This document shows, in pieces, positions 54,731 through 64,000 of a stretch of 64,000 bases of DNA. The stretch's first letter is position 1. Each line of letters starts with the position of its first letter. The notes under the pieces are model-generated. The model saw only the letters and a list, made by a program, of their open reading frames with translations. It made no database searches and was not told the origin of the DNA. The translations under genes and the position numbers were made by a program. This stretch comes from Welwitschia mirabilis (Eukaryota): contig JBOZIK010000001.1 of NCBI GenBank assembly GCA_051453625.1, forward strand, positions 3,606,631 through 3,670,630, in the 5' to 3' direction.

Positions 54731-56599
54731 GAGAGGAAAAAAGAAAATGTACTTTCATGAAAAATGGAAAGTATCTTCTCCTTTGTAAGAAAGGAAAAAT
54801 CTCTATATATAAAATAACAAAAGGCACATAGCTTAAGATCACATGATTTATCATTGATAAGTGGGATGAGTAATAAGTAATCTTCTTTCTTTAATTATCA
54901 AGGTTAATTACATGTATTGTTTTCTTATGCTAGATCCTTCTTAATCCATCATAGACTCATGAGTAAGTTTAGTTCATTCAAGACATGTATCAAAATAATA
55001 AATGCATAAATCTCAAAATTTTCATGTGGATAATGAAATAAACTCTTCAATTCCAATGCAAAAAGTAATAAATATGCTATAAATCAAGTGTCCTTACACA
55101 TCTCAAGAAGATAAAAGTTGTGGTAGAGTAAATCTACTCATTTATTACTCTTAATTCTAAGTAAGAGTGCATGTGCTCATTCACACTTTCATTTATTTCA
55201 TAATTCATAGAATCTACTAATCACACAACACAAAAAAGAATATGTATATTCATAATATAGTACACCTATTACATTTACCAAAAATTTAAATAAGTAAATA
55301 AGATGTAAAATATATGATTATTTCCTCTTGAAATTTTTAATTTCTTAGTTTTATCATATGATTTTCATTCTTTACATAATGGGATTATCTAATTTTAAAT
55401 GTTTGAATAGATTTTCTCATAAAAACCTTTTAACATAATTATTATGATTTTCATGGAAAATTTCAAACTAAATTTAATTTAAAATACCATCTTATTTTTA
55501 CAAGGCCTTTAAAGAATAGTAATTCATCATCTGACTAAAAGATTAATATGTTTAATATTCAAGTAATTAAGGTTTACAAAATATGGGATATGGTACTTTC
55601 ATTATAAATTCAAAGTAGATCTAAAATTATATTGTATGAGTTGATATAAATTGTGATTTTGATAATTAAAATAATTCTCTTCTTTATTGGCTTTATTTTC
55701 TTAAATAATAGTTATTTTATGCTTATAAGTAAAAGTATATTATCTTTCTATAATTTACTTATAAAGATCTTATATTTTAACTTGGAAAATAATGTAATTC
55801 CATGGCACTAAGAAACCTTGAATCCAAAATCAAGAAACTAAGAAATCCAAATTCTATAATGAGAGCCTTGTTAAATTAATATTCAGGGTATTTATGAATT
55901 TAAAGTTCTTTTTAAGTTTAAGAATTTCATAGAAGATAGCACAGATAAATCAATATGAATTTCTATGCTAATTAAATTAAATAAGAAGCTATGATTCATT
56001 AAGAAATAGCATTATTATTAAATTTAATTCTTTTTCTAATTAGTCATTTATAGTTCACAAGATGACATCATGCCATAACAATTAAAAATAAGGACTAATT
56101 TGTGATTCAAAGTAATGAAATCCAAAAACTTAGAAAAATAGCAATTTGTAGTTAAATCTTTCATGAAAAAAAGAAAAATAAGAATCTACATAAATATTTA
56201 TTTAGAAATGTCAATTTCATAATCAAAAAGATAGTAAGAAATACATTGTTAATAGCTTTACTCATGTTTAAAATATAGATATTAAAAACACACTTTAAAG
56301 TCATAGGAGAATGAAATCCATCTATTCTTATTTAATGGAATGAGACAATATAATGGAATCATTAATTAATTAATAAATTTTAATGTAATAAGTGTGACTT
56401 GTTTTATTTAAATTAGACAACATAATACATCAAGACATCTATCTTTTTTCCTATTTTTTCCTACATTAAGATTAATAAGAATATGATTAAATTAGATAAT
56501 ATTTTTTATTAAATTTATATTTACCAATAATATTAAATGATTCAAATGAACCTTTTGTATTAGAAAGTTCAATGAATTAATTAATCTAAGAATGAAACT

Positions 56600-58650
56600 A
56601 GATACTCTATTAAATAGAAGAAAATTAATGCAAAAATTACCTACACATAGAAGCTAATGCAACATTATTAAAAAAATTTCTAATCACATTTATCCCATAA
56701 TCATGTTTTATACATGGTAATAAGAACCTCGTTTTTGCTATTATTTCATAAATAGAAGCTCCTATTCTATATCTTATGAAGTTTCAAAAGAAAAAACTAT
56801 CATTTTATCTAGCACAAATAAGATTTTATATAAATTATTCAATCAAATTTGATTAAAATTTAGTTTCTAGGGAAAATAATAATATTAGCATAAGGTCAAT
56901 AATAAACTTTAGATAGGAGCACAACTTCACATAATATTTGTCAACATAATGATAGTTGTATGGATTTTTAGAATAAAATATTAATAATTATGAATATTTT
57001 ATTTTTTTGTAACATTATGGATGAAAAATTATTATGTTTAGTGAGATTTTTTTCCCCTTAAACACTAATAGATTACACATTTTCTAAGACTCTCTAAAGA
57101 GAAGTAAGACTAACCACAAGGGGTTTTTAAAGTAGGCATGAACAAATCGTCATAAAACTTTAACTAGAATCTTTAGATCAATATTATTTATCCTAGTTCT
57201 ATTACAAGAAAGCTATGTCTAAATGAATTCCCCATAATAAATTAAACAAATTCATTAAGAGAGATAAGAAAAGCTCTTTGCTCTCAGAAATCTTAACTTT
57301 GATAATAAAAGAAAATAATTTTAGGATAAATATACATGATATAAATTCAATAACTACATTAATAGATTTAAATAAATACCACCCATTAATCAAATATATG
57401 TTTGTGATTTTCTTCGTTTCTTCATATAAAGTGATCATAAAAATGACACTTTAAGACTTACTAATATGGTCTTGAGAAGACTAATATTATTAATGAAATT
57501 AATGATTATAAGTACAAGAAAATATGAAATTAAAAAGTTTCACATGATTTTTTATTTCTTTTCAAATGATATTTGATAATAGTTTGATTTGCATCTTTTT
57601 TAAATTCAATAAAACATATTAATAAGAATAGTGAACATTATCATGGCTTGTGTGATTCTTTGTATGGCAAGTAATTTAGGTTTCACATTTATCCATTAAG
57701 GGAAATACAAGAATGTATATTCAACATAGAAATACAAAGTTTTAAATTAATATATCTTATTGCTATGTTGTAATAGTTGATATCAAAAGAAATAGTTAGA
57801 AATATGACTTAGCAACAAAAGCATAGATGATAGTTTTGAAATAAAAACTAAGGCTATTAATTTAATACATGCAATCAAAATTATTGTTACTCCATAATAA
57901 TCATAAGGGAATTTTAAAGCTTGTAATTTTTTAGCAAATTAAGTTATTAAAAAGAAAGTGTAAAGCGCATTTTAATAAAGGAATGAAAAATTAATAAATA
58001 AAATCTTTTGCTTCTAAAAATTAGAAATGATTATTCAAAAGACAAAAAAATCAATCAAGCATAAATAAAGAAAATAACAAAAATCATCACCATTTTCTCA
58101 ACCCAAAATGATACATCATTAAGAAATTATATTTTTATAAGTAGGTGGTAAATCATCTACTGTAAATCTTAAATGTTGTAAAGGCTATAAAAGAACTTGC
58201 AATGCCAAAGCATTATCAACATTTATAAATGGATCATTTTACAATAAAATATCAAGGGGGGTAATGAGGGAAGCATGAAATATGTCATAGATTCTAATAC
58301 ATCATTCATGTATCATAATAAAACATTAAAGTAACAAGATTCAAAAGAACAATTATAAAGAATAGTGAAAATGAACTATGGTAATGTCAGTAATCATAAA
58401 TATAACAATCATGAAAATGAAAACCTTATGCAATAACAAATCAAATTATATTAACTAGCAATACAAATGATATAACAAATAAAAATCTAGTATAAAGTAT
58501 GTCCTTAGGCTTAGTAAGAAAACTGTCTAATGAAATAGTAAATCTTACATGCTTAGAGAGAAAGACAAAAGTCTTATAACCTTATGATGAGAAAATCCCT
58601 AATCATAGCCATTGCGACCATGGTGGGATTAATGAAATATGCTTACATAG
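56600..58650 (-). mobile_element. Highly decayed L1-type LINE ORF2 remnant
   Basis: Minus-strand order: MIRDFL ~58600 (GDFN-like), YAFVAK ~57820 (Q.AFV.GR), LINGWYLFKS ~57385 (LING...F...RG), LKFYDDLFM ~57150 (L.FADDL), VIRNFL ~56680 (R.FLW). Confidence 0.42.
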
Positions 58651-59505
58651 CCTCAAAGTTAAATCTTCACATTCAATTTCACATGCTTTATACATAGAGG
58701 TACATTAAATATATCAAAGAGACATTACTTAATGATTAAAATTTTTGAAGCAAATCCTTATCCTCATAGAATCTTCATCAAATTTTTCAACATTTAATTT
58801 GATTTTTATTACTTTACATAGATTTATTTTTACTATTCTATAGTCAATTTTTGCTCTAAATTTTATGGAATGCATGATGCTATAAGATGTTGGCAATATT
58901 GTAGATCTAATGATGATTCTAGTCTTTTCAAAATTTGGTCTTTAATTAAAGTTCAAGTTTCTCTGCATGTTCTACATAAAAAGAACCAAGTATTATTTTT
59001 TTTAAAATAAAATTTCAATAATTATAAATATCAAATTTAACTAATAAAAAATTAATCTTAACATATTATTTATAATGTTAAAATATTTTATTTAATAAAG
59101 TTCAAAAGAAAAAAATTGTAAAAATTAAAGTAAAATCACTTCCCAATCTAATATTATAGTTATTTATTAGTAAATAATACAAAAAAATAATTTCTAAAAT
59201 TTTATTTTTAATCTATAAAATTTCTAAGGTATCAAATTCAAGCTTAAAAAAATTAGATCATCTTAAAATCCTTTAACTTACATTCATTTCGTATATCAGC
59301 CTAAGTTAAAATGGTGCATAAAATCTTAGAAGAAACAAAAATGTGTTAACTTTTTAGGTCTAATTTCATTTTTAAATTTTAACATTTTTCTAAAAATGCT
59401 TAGTTTTTAGCATTCTAAAACAAAGAAAATTAAAAAACTTTATATGGTTTTTAATGCTTCATTAAGACATAAAATACCCAAGAATCTAAAACTTATTAGT
59501 GTCCT

Positions 59506-59540
59506 ATACCCCCAACAAAAATATTACATTGTCCCTTAAT
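59506..59540 (-). promoter_or_regulatory. Gypsy-type PPT region on the minus strand
   Basis: The minus strand reads cattaagggacaatgtaatatttttgttgggggt, resembling the gypsy cattggggacaatgt...ggggg motif. Confidence 0.45.
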
Positions 59541-61353
59541 GTAGAAAAGGATTAAAAGAATGCCAAAACGTTAACTTTAAAACTTCAATTTATAAAATAG
59601 AAACTACATATTTTTATTACTAAACTTTTTGAAATATTATGAGGCATGGAGAAAATCACATAAAGAAAATAAATAAAAAGAGAAAGTGTATCAAGAAAAG
59701 GAAAAAAAAGGGATGGATTGAAAGACATTTTTCATTAGAAGATCTCTTTGTAAAGGTTAATATCCTATAGATTTCATCAAGGTTTAACATAATTTTCTTT
59801 TTCTCTTATCAAACATTTATACTATTTCTTTCTTGTCCTTCCTTATTTTCCAACAAATTATTTACAGCCAACATTCATGTTTCTCAAGCACTATCTCCAT
59901 AAATATCCTTTTCTCTTGTGAAGATTTAGGGGTTACTAATCTTGTCCTTTGTTGTTATTTCTTATCTTCCTCCTTTCCTTCTTCTTGGATCATATAAATG
60001 CTTACTTCTGGTCTTAATGACTAAATTGGCTTGTTATTCTTCTTTACTTTTGTGATTTAATGGTTTGTAATAAAATCAATAACTTCTCAATTTCAACCCT
60101 CAACATGTAAGAGTGTAATAACATATACAAATCTATGAATTTTTCTTATGAACATGGATAGTAATAAATCCCTAGCATTTTCCTATAAATATCTAAGATG
60201 ACTAAGGATAACTTTACAAATATTGAGTTTTTTCCATTTTGAATGAATGATAGAAATTAAACTTAAAAAGGAAGATCAAGCATCAAAAACATAAAAATAA
60301 GGGCATATATTCCTAATATTAAATATAGTGCTAATGGATTTTTAAAAAGAAACCTACATGAAAAGAAATCTTACCTATTTAAATTTTATCCTAAATTAAT
60401 TTATACATGTGCCTTGCTAGATTTTTCTTAAAATAGTAGGAATGCTTAGCATTAAAGTAATAAAAATCTCAAAAACTTTTATCCTTGATTCTAGCTTTCA
60501 TGAAAATCTTCTTCCTTCTTCTCATTCCTTTGTTCATCAACTTTCCTTTCATGCATAATATACAAATTTTTAAAAAACCGTTAAACCTCATTAAGGATTA
60601 GATTTTTCTCCCTTATTTTTTAATAAAAAAGTCTTTCCTATCCATTCTTTCCCCTTTTTTCCAAGTAATTAGTACCATATTCTTATAAAAATTAGTGAAA
60701 TGCATACTTCATAATGACATATCCTCTTCACTTAGGTATTCTTTCAAAATATGAATGTATGTTAATAAAAAAGAATGACATTGCTAGTAGAATATATGAA
60801 AACACTAATTTATTTATGGTAAGATCAAATAAAAAGGATCAAGGTAGCATAGGTAGAGTATAGAAAGGTATAGGCATAACTAGGTTCTTAACAAAAATGT
60901 AGGATTAGGACTCTATACTTATAGATTAGAGAATAAATATAAGTCATTAATCATTCATTACTTGATAGTACATATGATATATATAAATGCAAAGTAGACT
61001 TGCACGATAAGTGCATGGGAACGTAGTAATCAACTTTATCTACACTTAGCACTAAGAACACTTATTACCATTTTAAAAAATAAAACTCTTTAATAAAATT
61101 ATAAGATTTTTTAAATGTTTTTAAGGTTTAAAAACAAAAAACATATTATTTTAGTTATTAATTTATTAATTAATGCTAAAGGAGGAGTGTGTCCCTCGCA
61201 TGAATAGTTGTAACTAACCAATTATGTTAATAAGAGAATGATGTAATATGGACTAAATAAATAAATAAATAAATAAAAGAATTATATTTATTTTCTTAGC
61301 TCTTTTCATTTTGTTACTTTCCAAAACATTCTAGATCTAGAAAATGCTACGAT

Positions 61354-61365
61354 TGGTATCAAGGC
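61354..61365 (+). promoter_or_regulatory. PBS-like site (tRNA-iMet)
   Basis: tggtatcaaggc lies upstream of a gag-like remnant. Confidence 0.4.
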
Positions 61366-61699
61366 AAATTAGACCTATAAAATATTCTTATCATGATAAC
61401 AGATATTTACAAGAATCATAAAACTAGCTGTCACATGCTCGAGATGGGCTTTTATGTGCATTTAACAATAGAAATAAATTTTCTTTTCTAAATAATAAGG
61501 AATTATGTAGATGCTACTTTATTTTTCCAAAAAGGAAAATCCACATTCATAAATTACCATAATAATTTTTATACTAATTTGTTTAATTTTGTTAATGTTC
61601 TTTATGATTATTTTTGTTAGTGCTCTTAAGATAAAAAATAAGACAACTCCCCTCCAACGCAATTCTTCTAATGTAGATATAAAGGAATACTCAAATGAA

Positions 61700-62250
61700 T
61701 ATCATTAAAAGAAATTTAAAGGGTAATTTAAAATTTTAGTAATATAAATCTACTTTGTAAAGGCATTCACAGATATGTTTACAAAGTATTACTTATATAG
61801 GATGAGGTGGTTGCTATGAAAGTATTCTCTTCATAAGACATATAACCATTAACATCTATTTTAAAAGAAATTTCTTTAGAAACAAGACATTTCAAGAGAA
61901 AGTATAAGACATTAAGAAAAATATGGTACAAAAATCTAACAAAAATCATCATGGCATGTTTTTAGTAAATTTTAGGCTTTAGTTTTATTTCTAGTGCCAA
62001 AGATCCTTTTCAAGGTTCTTCATGAATTAAATACATGATTCCCAAGGACTTTTAGGAATTTGCAAAGTAGATGGAGGATTTTACTATAACCATTAAATGC
62101 ATTATCATATCTTAATCATGAGTATAGTACTTTCATTATATATTATAATGTTAAACTAAAGAATGTATTAATTAATAATGAGATGATTGCTCATCTTTTA
62201 GATTTTGGAATTTTATGCCTACTTAATATAGATAAAGAAAGAAAACTTGA
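61700..62250 (+). pseudogene. Decayed gypsy gag (Retrotrans_gag-like) remnant
   Basis: KFKG, FVKAFTDMF, DEVVAMKVFS, WYKNLT, SSWHVFSKF and DF*EFAK occur in the order expected for a gypsy capsid domain. Confidence 0.45.
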
Positions 62251-63598
62251 AGTAATGGGGTAAGCAATTTGAACATTAGAATGGATAAGATAGGATGAAA
62301 ATTGTAAAGAAAGAAGGATTTTAATGACTAGTTTTATTTAAAATCATTCATTAAAGTATTTTATGCTATTGTCAAAGCATAAAAATAGGGATTGAATATT
62401 CATATTGTTTATTAATTGTTTACATTCCATTCTAAGCTTATTTGACATGTGCAAAAAGAAATATAAATGATGAAAATTAAGGTGAAATAGCATAACACAA
62501 ACCCAAGTATAAATAGGTAGTTTAGAGAATGATGTTAAATAGACATCCGTATGATGATATAAAATATATAAGATGATAAAAATTATTAATGATGGATATT
62601 CATGCTTATTAGTAATGAGGATTTTTTAACTTAGAGGGGAGGGGTAAATGAGTTTAACCAAATAAAAATTTAATGGCTAACAAATAAAATTCATAATAAA
62701 GACCTTATCAATTTATGAGGTTTTCCAATATAGGTACATTCATACATATAAGGTAGCCTTTCTTAAAACCTGTAGATATTTTTAACTGACAAAATAGTGG
62801 ATTTTAAGCAATGCTAACCTTACAACCAAATGTAATTTTTCCTTAAAGTAGAACTCTGTTTTCCTTAGGGATTAAAACAAATCTATATCCACTAGTACTC
62901 TTAAGTACTTAATTAATCACAACCAGAACACTCATACAAGGATTACCTTAGACCTTGGAATTTCCAAGTTAGGGAGCTTAGAAAGAAAATAAACTAAATT
63001 ATTTTAGAGTAAAAATTAAGAGATTCAATAATTACATAATCCTACAATGAAGTAACAAATCTATAATGAAAGAAAAACAATCCTAAGATGATGTAACAAT
63101 TTTAGTTTCTTGAGTTCTTCTTGATGTAGTCACCCACAATGATCTAATAACATAGCTGTAGTCATGGATGTGCTAGAGAGCATACGATGTCTTTACAATA
63201 GATTTCATCTTGTATAGTTCTAATCAATCATTTAAGTAATATTCCATCTTCATTCTTTATGCCTTTTATACCTATAAGTATTCTTAATCTTTACCTTAAT
63301 GAGATAACTATTTAAAATATTTTAAACACAACCCAATAGTTATAAATAACTAGTTTTAATCATTTAATGGCTAATTTTATTTTGTTTCAATTTTTTGAAC
63401 AAACCGCTTCACTATGGTAAATGTCTCTCATAGGTAGACATGTTTAACATTAAAGGAATCTTTAGTCAACTTGCTAAGATTCTAATATGCTTTGAATTAT
63501 TGAGTCCCTAATCCTTAGGCATTAATAATTCATTATGTAAAACTTACCTAAATCCTTAAAAAAATAATTAATTCATCCTTATTATATTACTAGCATAA

Positions 63599-64000
63599 TG
63601 AAAGTAGAGGATCGACCCTAGAGGAGGGTGAATAGGCCTTTAAAAATCAATTTCTATAGTCTTCACAACTTGCAAATAAAACATGTAAAGATGCACATAA
63701 ATGTAAGATATTTAATGGTATATAGACATCAACCTTTAGACCCTTAGACCTCCTATCCTTGGCTGGCATATATTAGCCTTCAATATTAGTTTTTAGGCTT
63801 ATTAATTAACTTATTACAAGTTTATAGGATTTTATGGCTGATCCTCAACCATAGAAGAATGGAAGAAAAGAGAATGCACTGATTTGCTCTCAAAGGTACA
63901 ACAATCTCTTCTTCAAAGTATATGCAATGATAGATTTAATTAGAAATTTGAACTTGAAACTAGTTTAGATATAATGATAAAATAATATGATATATCTTCC
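63599..64000 (-). mobile_element. Sirevirus (SIRE/Maximus)-like LTR terminus
   Basis: tgaaagtagaggatcgaccctagaggagggtgaatagg is the reverse complement of the cctattcacccccc.ctctagg...ca end characteristic of Sirevirus LTRs. Confidence 0.5.

Noticed and set aside
194..57438. The many 60-92 aa ORFs as host genes
   Set aside because: They have AT-rich random composition or lie within TE remnants, and I see no exon structure or recognisable host domain. 39109-39369 is part of the copia RT and 57202-57438 is probably LINE.
1..64000. Fungal RIP as the cause of the C>T decay
   Set aside because: The plastid insertion and plant-type TE lineages indicate a plant. CpA/TpG remain abundant while CpG is lost.

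Overview
This is very AT-rich, strongly CpG-depleted eukaryotic DNA, almost certainly land-plant nuclear, with five assembly gaps and no intact host gene that I can support. Most of the window is old, nested, deamination-decayed retroelements. (1) A four-level nest: a Ty1/copia element (D) is interrupted in its integrase by an Athila-like element (B). B is interrupted by an inverted relative (A, two LTRs, apparently no pol), and A carries a tRNA-derived SINE with a 15-bp TSD. (2) A second copy (C) of the D copia family lies in the opposite orientation. (3) A near-complete copia element (E) has two highly diverged 2.1-2.6 kb LTRs. (4) There are three pieces of a related LTR family, plus faint gypsy, LINE, possible caulimovirid and Sirevirus-like remnants. 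(5) A 165-bp plastid 23S rRNA insertion (NUPT) is present. I find no convincing novel biological system. The best lead is the pol-less Athila-like family with a shared acidic ORF. All alignments were made by eye, family motifs were recalled from memory, and boundaries are approximate.
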